This document shows, piece by piece, positions 50,273 to 63,560 of a stretch of 64,000 nucleotides of DNA (within the stretch, counting starts at the first letter, position 1; the number at the start of each line of letters is the position of its first letter). Under the pieces are notes generated by a model. The model saw only the letters and a list, made by a program, of their open reading frames with translations. It had not been told where the DNA came from and made no database searches. The stretch comes from Psammoneis japonica (lineage: Eukaryota): positions 62,001 through 126,000 of the forward strand of contig QPGO01000171.1 of the NCBI GenBank assembly GCA_008632985.1. Reading direction: 5' to 3'. The translations under genes were made by a program, and so were the position numbers.

Positions 50273-53258
50273 TTCAATTACTTCAGGGCAGTCAACCCAC
50301 ACAGAGCTCCACCAGAAAATGAGCCAACCACATGGAGACACCAGATCATTCCAGTGATCATAGAGACAAGGAGAAGGATTTTTAGAAAAGGGCTGGACTT
50401 CACCACCTCCACCCCCACAAACAATCAGGCATCCTCCAGTTCTCTCTGCATGACAAGTCTTCCCTTGCTCTCACCCATGTATTCTGTTGCACTTCCCAGT
50501 GCTGACAATTTGTCTTCTGACCTGCACTCAACTCTGTGCATTGCTCCAAGCCTCAGCAGTCTTCTTCTTGGATGAGCATGGCCCAATCGTGAGCAATGAA
50601 GTTCACTGCAACACTTCCATGCAAGCCTGGCAGTCCATTCTAGATGGCAGAAGTTTCAGCCCTCCTGCAGAATGCTGCATTGATTTTTCTCGCCTGCAAA
50701 ACAATGAATCAATCAGTGACAACTTCCAGCAGAAGCTTCCTCATCACACCAGACTGTGTGCTTTCAATGCCAATGGGTGCAATTTTGACAAAAGAGGTGG
50801 AGACATTCTTGACTGCTGCCAGATTGCTGAAAAGATTCAAGCTGATGTCATCAGAATTTTGGAAGTGTGCTTGGACACCACTCAGCATGATGCATTGTCA
50901 GTTTGCTGGTCAGCCATCCAAAACTTGATCAGTCGCAGTCCCAGCACATTCTCATGTGGCTCTGCCACACCCCAAACTTGGCACAAGCCAGGCTGCACTG
51001 CTCTTTTGTCTGGGAACTCCATCTCTGCCAGATGTCAGAGTCAGGAATCTGACCCACTGGGTTGCTGGTCCACTCAAGTTTCCGATGGATGAAACCCATT
51101 GTAAGTCATGTTCGTGTTGTGTTGTTGAGTTTGCTCCAAGAATCAGAAGGCTCCTAGAAGGACCACTGCATGTGCCCAGCAGGCAACATTGTTGCACCAA
51201 CAATGTTGCCAAACCATCGACCATCGTAAAGCATTCTGCTTGGATTTATCTTGGTTACTTCAAGATTTCCTCGCGGACTTGAATGGCAAGGTTATCCTCT
51301 TTGGAGATTTCAACACTGACTTTATGGTGGACAATGAATCACTCTCTCCACTTGCACCGTTCAACTTGTTGGATGTCCTTTTCAACCTGATGGGTGACAC
51401 AGAATTTTTGACACACACTCAAGGTTCAAAGCAATTAGACCATGTTCTTGCCACCCCAGGGGCCCTCGATGCCACTCATTTAGGAGGTTGCAAGGCTTTC
51501 GGATGTCGCATTCCTTCTGATCACCATGCACATTACGTTGATTTTGACACAATGGCTCTGTTTGGAAACCCCACTGTTGATCTCCCAAAAGCCAGTGATT
51601 GTGACACACAGTCCTCCTCAAAACCTCAGGTGATGACATGCGCCTTGATGCCGTGGTGGCCCAATGCTTGCAAGCCATGACATTCTATCCAGATCAAGAA
51701 GACTTCTCAAACTCAACACACCCAATCACAAGTTGGCTGAGAGATTGGACAGAGACCTTTTACCATTTTCTTTGGCCACAGCAAAGACCTGCCAAGCACA
51801 CCGCAAACCAGAATGGTGTGTGGAACTTGCTCAGCTTCGACACCGTGTGTGCATCTTGAGCAGAGTTATGTCCATGATGTGCACTCACATCGACCATGTC
51901 AGCCATGTCCAAAACATTTGGAACAAGATTGAAGGTTCATTCATTGTTCCTAAGACCTTTGTGGAATGTCAGGCAGCCCTTCGCGTGGCCCAATCTGAGT
52001 GTCAGAAGGTGGCGGCAGCCAGTGTTGTCCACAGCAAACGGGGCACATCAGAGAAGACAGCAGCCCAGGAATTGGAAGGTACAAAGGCATCCAAGAGGAA
52101 AGCCACTGTCTTGCACAACACAAGGAAAGCCAAAGAAATCAAGAAGTTATTCCATAAGATCAAGTTTTGTAAGGCCGATCAAGACATGGGAATTAACAGT
52201 GTTTGAGTGCCCTGCAATCCTTCAGTGAACCCCAAAGAGTGCAAAGAGTGGGTTGCTGTTGATGCCCCCATCAATGTTGCCACTGCTCTTAGACTTTGCA
52301 ATCAAAGACACTTTGGACAGGCCCAAGGCACCCCCCTGCAGTTCCTCCCTTGTTGGTGGATCTGGGACATGTTGGCGATGCAATTTCAGCAGACCTCATT
52401 CTCCATGAAGACTGTGACACTGCCCAGCTTGATGAAGCAACTTCCCGGTTTACACTTCACCTCAAGCATCATTTTCCAGTGTCTGTTCCTTCCTTCCTTG
52501 CAGCAGCAGACTTAGAGGGAAAGATTAAAACCTGGACAGAGTCTGTGTCTACCTCCATCAAGTCGGGTCTACACTTGGGCCATTGGAAACACTCTTGAAA
52601 GACGTTTGGAAATTGGAACGGCCCCACACATGCTGGCCCACATAAAACAACAACAGTCATTGCTGATGGCACAATGCAGCTGATGTGGAGACATTGTTGA
52701 CACTGTCAATGTCCATTGAACAATTCCACTTGCCGTAAAGAATGACTCTAATGTGCAATCAGGGAGGCGAATGCAGCATGCGACTGTTGTGTGCATGTCC
52801 ATTGTGTGTCATTTGTGTGTCAATCGCACCACAGTCGTGGATGCGTACGAAGGACAGAGCCATCACACAGTGTTGATTGGAAGTCAAAAATTGCAAATAC
52901 GATTGATTGATGATGTTGACATCTTACGTGTCAACAGCAATCGTATCTGGACAATCTGTTGTCACGATTATATTCTCCGAAAGGCCTTTTGTCTGTAGAA
53001 GCAGTGCAGAAGCTTTAGGCCATTGAGAACTGGTTCAGAGAAACCAAAAATCACAGAGCACAATTTAATCTCACAATTTCCACTTTTTGCACTTTGTTCT
53101 ACTTTCATTTGTGCTCGTACTTTGAGCACAGTGCATTGTGTGTGGGCCATGCATGCAGCGCATTGGTCCAACATGCCCTCACTCAAGTGCAACTGAACCT
53201 TTTAAACTGTGCTGTCCGGTGGAGACACTCATGTGACCAATGGAAAGATGTTGTCAAC

Positions 53259-56200
53259 TGCAGCAGGTGTCCCCACCACAGCCGCCATTGATGCTACTTT
53301 CCTGCATCTGCAAGCTGTCCGCAGTGATGCTGATCCCGCAGAAGCATGTGGCAGCAAACGCGACTCCCAGCATGAGACCTGCGATGGGCCACAGGAGTTC
53401 TGTGCAACTGAGACCGGCACACTGGCCATTGTGCAAGTGACTCACCTTGCATGAAGGGTTTGCGTAGGATGTGCACAGTGCTGAGTGTGATTGGTTCCAC
53501 AGAAGGACTGAAGCTCCATGTGTCCCACTGTCATGCATGCATGCACTCTAGGTAAAATGTGGTCTTGCTCACAATTTACGCAACACACGAATTATCAACC
53601 TCTTGACGACCAAGTGCTTAGACCCTGTTTTTGCACAGGGCATGGCAACATTGCTCCCAGCAAGTGCAAGAGTGCCCTTTCTTTAACTGACCATGATTGT
53701 CAGCCGCTCTACAGAGAAGAGTGGGATGCAACAGAATGTCATTTGCCTGTTCTCTATGACTGTTTCCTCAGAAGAGCAGCAGAAAGCAAAAAATTGCCAA
53801 AATGGTGATCGTGTGGCAAGAACGCGTGCAAGTGTTTTTCAGAACTTTCAGCAATTGACAATGGCGGTGATGCACCACATGCACTGCCAAACAATGAGAA
53901 AATTGATCTCATCCAATGACAGACAGTGGGAGAAGAGAACTCCAAGATTCAACATGCTTGACACGAAAACCGCAGATGTCACCTTTGGTGAGCGATTTGA
54001 GAATCTTGTTCTAAATTTCATTCATTGCCGGTGAGAAAGACACTGACACCGATGACTGCCAAGAAGGCAGCACTGCAAACTATGCAAAAATGGCAGTTTA
54101 GATGTGCCAAACTGCCCAAGACAAAGTGTCATCAGAAAACGACTTGTGACAATGCCTGTTTCATGTTTTCAACGAGTGTGGGACACATGATGGACACAAT
54201 TTTTCTGCAAGGCTATGAATGGCCTAGAGCCAATGCTCACACACAATCCCATGTGCAGCATCATGCACATGTCATTTGTTGACACTTAAATGTGAGAATG
54301 ACTGCACAGTGGCAAAGATGCGAGGTGCCACATAAAAAGAAAAAGGCCGAATGGTGCGTCAGACGGCCTGCACAATTGATGACACGCAGCAAGAATGACT
54401 GCATGTGCTGATTTTGGATGCGAGACATCAACTGATGTGCCATTCGCTCCGGTGAAAGAATTTTTTACATTGTCAATTGCTGAATGTTTTTAATCCATTT
54501 TAGTGATGAAGCACATGATCAAATCACGGGATGTCCCGTTTTCAAAAATGCTTGTCTCCCTCACCAGATTTGCAGTGTTGTTTGTTGATGTGCACAGAGG
54601 AACACTGCAAAACCAGCAAGCGAGATAACTGTTTTTAAGCAAAAGGATGTCACGGTGAGAACACTGGACAAGTTTAGTTGAGTTAGTTGCACTCCGAACA
54701 GCTAAATAATTTTTTTGCAGCAGCCAATGGTGATGCTCAAAGGGTTGAATGGAAAAACCCACTGTGCAAGAAAACCACACACACAGGAGCACACAACACA
54801 TGCTCTCCTCTGCCATCACCTTCATGTAAAAAAGTGCTGAACAAGACGTCATGTGATGAAATGCTCGAAGGGTGAAACGGAACATCCCAACATGTGACAA
54901 ATCACATGCAAAAAGTCAATGTGCTCAAAAAAACAGAGCACTTGACCGCTCATGGGCTGGAGACCATTCGGTTTAACTGACTTCAACGAACTCAACAAAC
55001 GGACAAAAAGAATGCCATTTTGAAGGGCCGAACATAAGGACATGACACTTCAGCTATAAAAACTGTAAAAATTACGAAAATGCCCGGAAAAAGGCACAGA
55101 AGTGCCCAAAAAAGGCATGCAAACTTCAAAAAACAACCTGAACTGGCGTGAAAAGAGCTTTGTGATGAAAAGCCCACCATTCAAATAAAAATTTGATGTG
55201 TTCTTTCCATGAAGGTGAAAGAATGTGACATGAGCAAAAAATTTTTGCTTTGTCTGTTGCCTGTCAAAGACAGAAGGGGTGTTGACGTAACAGAAAGTGG
55301 AGCCTGATCAACTCTGCACATGTGTTGATGCGCTGCCTTTTTTCTGTTTTTTTAACCCAGGGCAAACTCCACAGTGGAACTCACACATCAGACATTTCAA
55401 AACTTGATGCGTTACATTCTTGATGCGCATGCTGGCACAGCACTCCAAGTGCAAGACATGGAGTTAGACAAAGAAGATGACCCTTAGACTGAAACTTTCT
55501 GCCGTGACCTTTGCTGTGTGTGCAACTGTGCACACCACTGCTGAGGCAACTCCAACGCAGTTAGTCTTTGGATGTGACACAAGATTGTCCATTGCCTTTA
55601 GAACTGAGTGGAGGCATGTCTTGGACAGAGATCAGAAAATGTCCCGCTTAAATGACAAGCGTGAGAACTTTAAGAGAAGACAGTGCTGACATGCAAAGGG
55701 ACAACTTGTGCCCATCAAGCAAGAACAATGGACAAATGGTGGCACCAACATTTATGCAGGGCCAGCTGCAGTTGTTCAAGTCAATGAAAATGTCATCCTT
55801 CATGCATGAGAAGGTGCGCTGGTGGACATGCAAAATGCATGTCAAAAATGTCCCTTGCCAGCAGCAGGACCTTCTGTCACTTGTACGACCTTGTCACAGG
55901 GGCAAGTGCAGCAGGCATCCCTGCCGCAGCTGCTGTTGATGCTGCTTTCCTGCATCTGCAGGCTGTCCGTGGTGATGCTGATCCTGCAGAAGTGCGCAGC
56001 AGCAAATGTGACTCCCAGTGCAAGACCTGCGACAGGCCACAGGAGTTCCACATGACTGAGACCGGCATGACTGGCCATCGTGCAAGTGACTCACCTTGCA
56101 CGAAGGGTCTGCGTAGGATGCATGCAGCACCAAGGGTGATTGGTTCCACTGAAGGACTGAAGCTCCACATGTCCTGCTGTCGCACATGCACGCACTCCAC

Positions 56201-56286
56201 GTGAAACAGTCTTGTAATTTGCGCAAGACACAAATTATCAACCTCTTTATGACCCAAGCACTTGGACCCTGTTTTTGCACAGGGCA
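53259..56286 (+). mobile_element. Internally deleted Ty3/gypsy-like LTR element inserted in the LINE RT
   Basis: Diverged LTRs 53259-53642 and 55907-56286 (TG...CA), 4-bp TSD CAAC (53255-53258, 56287-56290), TGG-initiated PBS at 53643, purine tract before 55907, and an integrase C-terminal fragment ATVHTTAEATPTQLVFG.D at 55.5 kb. Confidence 0.8.
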
Positions 56287-56786
56287 CAACCTTGTGATTT
56301 TCAAAGAAGCTAGAAACAACAAGATCCACTGATTGCACGTCATTCACATTTATGAAGCAGATTTTCAGTTGATCTCCAGTGTCATGTGGCGATCTCTTGC
56401 CCAAAATGTGGAGCATCACAAGCTGTGCAATCCCGGGATGTGCGGCACCCACCCATTTTTAAACACAAATGCTCCAGTGTGTCTCAAGGAATTGATGCTT
56501 GAAATCAGCAGGGCTTCTGGGAAAACCACCATTCACAGCAATGACAACTGCACCTCTTGCTGCAATTGCAATGTCCCGGCTCAGGCAGCTCTCAAGAGTC
56601 ACAGCAACAGCATGCCTAAAGAGGTTACCCAGACAGTGAATTGCACCCTGTAGCAGGCACAATGTTGGTTGAAAACTGCAATTGGATTGTCCCAATCATC
56701 ATGTTCTCATGCCACCACATCTCCTGTTTGTGGCACTGGCCAGGGCAGTGGCAACTCCCCCTTTTGTTGGAACTAAATCTGCAATG

Positions 56787-56873
56787 GCCTTTTCGAGACA
56801 TTTGATCAACATGCCCATGGAGCCTTCTTTGCCTTTTCGAGACATTTGATCAACATGCCCATGGAGCCTTCTT
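56787..56873 (+). repeat. 44-bp tandem duplication in LINE RT
   Basis: GCCTTTTCGAGACATTTGATCAACATGCCCATGGAGCCTTCTT occurs twice, at 56787 and 56831. Confidence 0.9.
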
Positions 56874-59819
56874 CAAGTCACCGAACCATGCAGTGTCTAT
56901 GAAAGTCTACAACCATGGACATGTTGATGACACTTTGAAGCAAGTTAACAATTTTACCGTGTCCACTCAACCCTCGGCATTAGAATTGGCCTTCGAAATG
57001 CAGGAGGACAATCAGTTGTGGTGTGATCTTCTGAACCCTGCAGGTCATGAACTTGAACTCCCCAAGTGCTCGTTTCACATTGTTCAATGGCATTTTACCA
57101 AGGATGGCAAACCACATCTTTGTGCATGCAATGACAACGTCAGCATTGACATCTCTTCAGCCGATCAGTCACATGCAAGGTCCAGTGTTCAGTTGTCAGC
57201 CTGTGCTTCCCACAAGACCCTTGGTCATTGTGAGGCTCCTGCTGGCACCCAGAAAACTCTCTGTAAGGTGCTCAAGAAAAGAGCAACGACATTGCCCCAT
57301 TTCTGAGGTCTTGCCCTCTTGACAGGCATGCATGAAGCATGGACTCACCATTTCACCTGTCATTTATCCTGCATGATGTGCACTCTTCCAAACACCCATT
57401 CTGCTCTGAAAGAGCTCCTGGAAATTCAACAAAAAGCAATGAGAGTGGTCTTTGCTAAATGTGGACACAACTGAAACACCAGACACGATGTTCTCTTTGG
57501 TCCTCACTCCCTTGGTGGTGGTTTGTGCAGGTCCCCAGATGTTGAACAGGGTGTTGGTCAGGTCCTGCAATTTCTTTCTCATTGGCACGGCATTGGTCAG
57601 CCTTCTACACTGTCTTGCATCACAGTTTCATGAACTTAGCATCACCTGGGAACTGGCATTGGTTTTCTGAAGGATGTTCATTCCAAGCTCCCTCACTCAG
57701 AGTCGAAGTGGTTCATGTCTCTCTGAGCATTCTTGTCCCAGGTTGATGCATGCTTTGACTTGGATGAAACTGGTGCACTTCCTCTTCACCGGGACAAAGA
57801 TCAACACATGATGGATGTGGCTTTGGACTCCAGAATTTTCTCTGATCAGGAGATTCATTGGGTGAATCATTGTTGCTTGTGCCTCAACATTCTCACCATC
57901 TCTGACATGTCTTCACCAGATGCTGGCCATTTTCTTGACAGACAAAAGTTTCTCGGACAACATTCTATCCTCAGCAGCACATCAACATTGAACCCAGTAG
58001 AACAGGCCCTTCCATCTCCTTGAGCATGGAAACAATGGAAGCAATTCTGCAGTTTGTTGTGCAGGGGCGATGATCTGGAGTTGCATGGCCCTTTGGGCTG
58101 TTGGGTGATCTCATCTGCGGAGATGTGAATGCAGTTCCCCACACATTGTGAAACATTTGAAGAACACCTGTGTGTGTGTTCTTCAGATAGATTTCAAGTG
58201 TTTCCTCTCATTCAAGGCATCGCTGGCAAAATCTGTCCCCTCAAAGTTGTCCCAGACTTATCTTTTCTAGCATCACCACTTGTGGTTGAAACCATTGAAG
58301 ATGGCAGATGGTGGGTTCTATCTCTGGGAACCCAATTTGACCTTTCTGCTGCACTTCCTGTTCCCTCAGATCTCCAGGACTGGTTGAAGTCTCTCCCCCC
58401 TTGGGAATTGTCCTTGTTTGCAGAGGTCTCTCTTCATGTCTCAATTTTTGAATTAGCAGAGTGTTTGCACTTTCATCGTGCAACAGCAGCAAGCAACGGA
58501 TCTGTCATTGGCTTTGACACCACCTTTGGGTGGACGCTCAATGTCAATGGCTTCATGTTGGTTGATTGTGCTGGTTCAGTTTTTGGCTTCCACCCTTCTT
58601 CCTGTCATGCTGAAGCATGCAGAGTGCTCTCCTTTCTTTGATTTGTTCTCAGAGTTGTGGAACATTGCCAAACAGCCTTCTCCTTGGGCATGGACTTACA
58701 CTGTGATGACTCTGCCATTGTTCGGAATGTTGCAAATTTACATCCGTGCTCCTGAAGCAGACGACCTTTCTAAAGCTCATCTTGATTGCCGCTGCCATTT
58801 TCACATTGCCAACACTGTGTTGGCTGACTGGGATGTTGTGAACAAAATCTTTCACTTGGCAGTGGGTCTCTCTGCAGAGTCAACACACACTCAAGTTGAT
58901 GTAAAATGGATCAAGGGCTATCAGGACGACAGCACCCATTGTGATTCCTTGTCTCTTCCAGCACAGATGAACATCCGTGCTGATCGGATTGCAGGCCAAC
59001 GTGAAGAATTTACCATGTGGTAAATTTAAATTAGTTCAGTGTGCTTTGTCATTGGCGATTGGGCACAGAGCGGTTCCTCAGGTTAGATCTCACTTCTAGA
59101 AAAGTGGCACAATGTTGCAAGCCTTTCTTTTAGTCTTGTCCCCAGTTCACGTGACTGAAGGGTAATTTGTTCACTTTGTCAGAGCCATTGCTGTACAAGA
59201 CAACAATTCTGAGCATCATCTTTGCTTGCAAATGACTTGCAACACACAGAACATTCCACACAAGTCAGGGATGATGAGTGAACATCTACGAATGCAAGAG
59301 GCATTTGTGCTTGACGAGTTTTACACTCCCAGAATCAGTGTGAGTTAGAACACTTGTTGACAACTGTGGCATCGTCTGTTGTGATGTGTTTCACAGCATG
59401 CATGTGTGAGCACAGAGTGCAATCCATGGATTTGGGACACCATTTCCATTCTGAAGTTATCTTGGAGGCAAACACATGAGCGATTTGAAATCACTGGGTG
59501 ATGATGTCTTGTGTAGATTTTAAAACAACACAACATCCGTTGGTTGCTAAACTCATGTGTCATGTCCAGACACACAAATGTGATCACGCTGCACAATTCA
59601 CAACATTGTACTTTGCATTCACCACCAGTGTGTTCAGGAAGATCATTGGAATGTAAATGGTCCACACAGACACACAAGTCTCATTGTAGACACATTGTAC
59701 AAATGAACTAACGGATTCATGTGCAACAATGAAAATGCGATTTGAACTTCGCGCAACTCGCTCACTTTTCAAGTGAGAACCACACAACTTGTGTGAAAGA
59801 GTTCTCTTGTCATCAACAA

Positions 59820-62800
59820 TGAACCACCAAGCCATTCACCATGGCAGCCCACGCTGCAGCCATGCATGCTGCATTCCACTGACTGGGCTTCACGAATGAA
59901 GCATTGGTGGCTCTCACCACTGACCAGGGAATCGACACAGTCAAGGAACTGTGTCATCTCAACAACCATGAGGTCAAGACCTTGTGCAAGGTTGTGCAAC
60001 AACCCAGGAGGTGCAGGAGGAGGTGGGGCAAACCAACAACCCAACCTGGGGACAACCACATTGCTGTGGGCTGAGATGAATCTCAAGCTCGTGTCTTTTG
60101 CTGCTCGTCACTGTGAGCATGTCTTGCATGCATTGCGTGCCACCAACACTGCTCTCAACTGGGTGAGGGGGTGCCACCATCTTTGTGCAGCAGAGACATC
60201 CCACAAGAACCCTGAGACCCCACCCACTGTCATCAAGAATGACTGGCCAAAGATGATGGAAGCAATCCATGAGCATCTTTGTGCTTGTTGCAGGGAGACC
60301 AACATTCCCCTGGCCTGTGTGGTCCGAGAGACTCAGATGGTGATGCCGGAGGTGGACGCAGCCACCAACAACTGTGCTGATGCCCATGAAAAGATGATTG
60401 CCCATGCTCCCCACTTCACCACCGGGGCTAACCCACAGCCCACCAAAATGTTTGCTGCTGACAATTTCAAGGTTTGGGAGATCATTGCTGGGATTGTGCG
60501 GGAACATTCCTGTTGGGCATGCGTCAATGAGGCACAGCACAACCAGGATGGCAGGATGGCCCACCTGAACTTGCACAACCATTTCTTGGGCCCAAATGAC
60601 ATGGATGACATGGCCAATGCTGCTGCAAAGTGCTTGGCAGGTCTGTCCTGCCATGGCAAGCACCAAAATTGGAACTTCGAGTGCTTGGTGCATGTTCATG
60701 TCAAACAGCACTCTGTCCTTGAAGGTCTCAAGGAGTGCAGCTGTGCCGGGATTAATGAGCGCTCTAAGGTGTGCCACCTCATGGACAGTGTCAAGGATGC
60801 ATCCCTTGACTCTGTCAAAGTGCAAATTGTGCAGTGACTTTGACGGATGTGTTGTCTTGTGCAAAGACTTCATCAAGCAGTGTCCAAGCCGGACAGTGAG
60901 ACCAAGAAGCTCCGCATTGCTGCCTTAAAGTCTGCCAAGCACCAATGCAAAGATGTCAAGGACAAGTGCTGTCCTGACGAGGAGTGCGAGCAAATGTCCC
61001 CAAAGGTGTGCAAGAAACTCAAGTCACTTTGCGACACTTGCAGTGGCCAGGACACAACATCTGTGGCCAAGAACACAAAGCAAATCAAGGTCCTCACCAG
61101 TGCGGTTGCAGCACTGTTTTGCTGCTCACATTGAGGACGAGCAGGATGATGCTGCCAGCAAGTCCAAGGACACCACTAAGACGCCTGCCATCAAGCAGAA
61201 GTGCAACAGCTCCAACTTCCAGTTGTTGAAGGACACCGCAGCCAATCACCAACATGACAGGAATGGCAACCTCAAATCAGGTCAGAAGGAAAAGGAATGA
61301 TCCTCTCCGGTCCTGTGCCTCAGTCTGCTGCGGACTCTGTGGGTGACTCAAACTGCCAGGAATGGCAACATCAAATCAGGTCGGAAGGAAAAGGAATGAT
61401 CCTCTCCGGTCCTGTGCCTCAATCTGCTCCGGACTCTGTGGGTGACTCAAACTGCCATGCAGGAAGCCACACGCATCAAAGCTCCCACTGAGTTAGACAG
61501 TCATGCAGACATGAGTGCACCAGGCAAGCATGCTTTAAAACTTTGCTTGACCATGGTCATCCAGCAGATGTCACAGGTTGCAACCCGGAACAAGGCACCA
61601 GCAAGAGCCTGCACACCACAAGTGGAGCAGTCACTCACACAGACCCTGCCTTGAGCCAACAACAAATCCTGGCAGTCCACTGGGCAATCCACATCCCACA
61701 CCTTGAACACAACCTTTTGTGTCCCATGCAGTCATGGCTGAATGATGTGGGAGTGAACCCACAATAAAAATTCCCACTGAAAAAGCCTGACAGCAAGTCA
61801 CATGCGGTGACAACAACAGATGCAAACAGGGACAACCTCCTGATTCCATTGGAGCTAAAAGGGGTCATGAGTTGCTTCCCCACTTCCAAACCCACTGCTT
61901 CAGAGCATGAAGCAGCCATCCAAGATGGCACAGCAGCAGAACTCACTTGCGAGTCCCCAGAATGGGACCCACAAACTGCTGATTTTGAAACCCGGGAGGA
62001 TTCCATGATGGACTCTCTTGGTCATGTGCCTGAGACTGGGTGTGATGCGCATCCTCAGATCGATTGTGAGCACAAAGCTCTCATGCACCGCGGCACAAGA
62101 GACCTCAGACTGTCTGGGGAATTGGCTGCTTTGAGACATCTTGCATGCATGCAATGACCGCATGCTGGTGGCCTTGAACAGTCTCTCTTTGCTCAAGACA
62201 ATGAAGCAGGGACTGCATGTTGATGCAGAACATTTGGCCAAGAATTGGTCTGTCAGTGTCAAGGACGCTGAGAACACTCTCAAAGTCACAATGCAGGGTG
62301 GCATGCAAATGGTCCTCCATCCGATGCCATTGCGGAGGCTCCGGACCAATGACCGACAGCTGCGATGCAGGCGTGTTGCAAAGGAGATGTGCTCCGATGC
62401 CTCAATCTCCTTGACCAAGTCAAGAAGGGGCAACACCTGTGCTCAGATCTTTGGCATGTCCAGTGGTTGGGCACGGGCTTGTCCCCTCAGATCTAAAGGA
62501 CTGGCAGATGAAGCACTGTCCTTGCTCTTTGGGCAAGATGGCATGCCCCACACGACGATTGCAGATGGGGCAAAGGAGCAGGCACTGGGTCAGTTCAGCA
62601 AGAAATCCAGGGAGGCTGACTGCCATGTCAAGCAGCCTGAACCCTGTGCTCCATGGTCCAACTTCATTGAGGGAACTGTTCATGAACTCAAGTGGGGTGC
62701 AGGATGCAAGATGATGAAGACTCAAGTCCCAAAATGCCTTTGGGATGATTGTCTTGAGCTTGAAGCTCTCATCCGATCCAACACCATCCATGACATTTGT

Positions 62801-63560
62801 GAGTTAGAGGGAGAGGTCCCAGAAACCACTTGTCTGGACAGACAGCCAACATTTTGCACACATGTGAGTTCAGTTGGTGTGACTGGGTCATGTTCAGGGA
62901 CACAGCAGTCTCCTCATTCCCTGAGGACAAGAAAGTCTTAGGGCATTGCCTTGGTCTGAACCATGACACTGGTCCGGCTGTGATGGCAAAGACACTGAAG
63001 AACAATGGACAGAAGTCATCCATCGTTCATCCCATTGACCCTTGAACCCTGAAGAACAGTGCCACGAGATTCACTTGGCATTGTGCAAGAAATTTGATGG
63101 GCCAATGGAGGCCAAGCTAGGTGACGACGGTTGAGGACATTAATGAACCTGGTGCTGTGACCCTCACTTTTGATCCATGTGAGGACAATGCCAACCAGGA
63201 GGCTCCTGCAAGTGTGCCTGACAAGGACGATGTTCTTGATGCTGCTTTTGATGTTTGTGTGAACTCAGAAGTGTTGCTGCCTCACGGGGACACCCAACAA
63301 ACTGGGACAGTCAAACAGTGCAAGCTTGATTCGGATGGAGCACCAATGGGCAGAGCCAATGCCAATCCCATCCTAGATGCTCGTGCACATGAGGTCAAAT
63401 TTCCTGATGACCAGGAAGCTGAGTTTGTGGCTGATGTCATGGATGAGAACATGTTTGCACAATGTGACAATGAGGGCAACCAGTGCTTGCTCCTGGATGC
63501 TGTTGTCAATCACAAGACCAATGGGCATGCAGTCCAGAAGGATGCCCACCTGTTTTTTTT
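59820..63560 (+). mobile_element. Degenerate, 3'-truncated Ty1/copia element D (gag, protease, integrase)
   Basis: gag motifs NDWPKMME..IPLACVVR, HFLGPN, CHGKHQNWNFE; protease ELDSHAD; integrase IADGAKEQ..EPCAPWSNFIE..LWDDCLELE; GRANANPILD. No RT is seen. Confidence 0.82.
61258..61457 (+). repeat. 99-bp tandem duplication in element D
   Basis: CAGGAATGGCAAC...ACTCAAACTGC repeated with a few mismatches at period 99. Confidence 0.9.

Larger units (their letters stand above)
48565..59023 (+). mobile_element. Degenerate non-LTR retrotransposon (APE-RT-RNase H, Ambal-like), interrupted by insertions at about 52600-53140 and 53259-56286
   Basis: ORF1 with coiled coil (48.6-50.3 kb); APE motifs (FNANG, ILFGDFN, QLDHVL, PSDH); RT motifs (SGLHLGHWK, LHVIHIYEAD, GTGQGSGNSP, GHVDD, ELELPKC); RNase H motifs (ASNGSV, SSCHAEAC, WIKGYQD, NIRADRIA). 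Confidence 0.85.

Noticed and set aside
54480..55370. AT-richer segment inside the gypsy element, possibly a separate DNA-transposon insertion
   Set aside because: No terminal inverted repeats or TSD could be identified with confidence.
59558..59800. Candidate 5' LTR and PBS of element D
   Set aside because: No second LTR in the window to confirm the boundaries.
49769..61457. Tandem repeats as a CRISPR-like array
   Set aside because: Only two-unit duplications without spacers, in a eukaryotic context with no cas genes.
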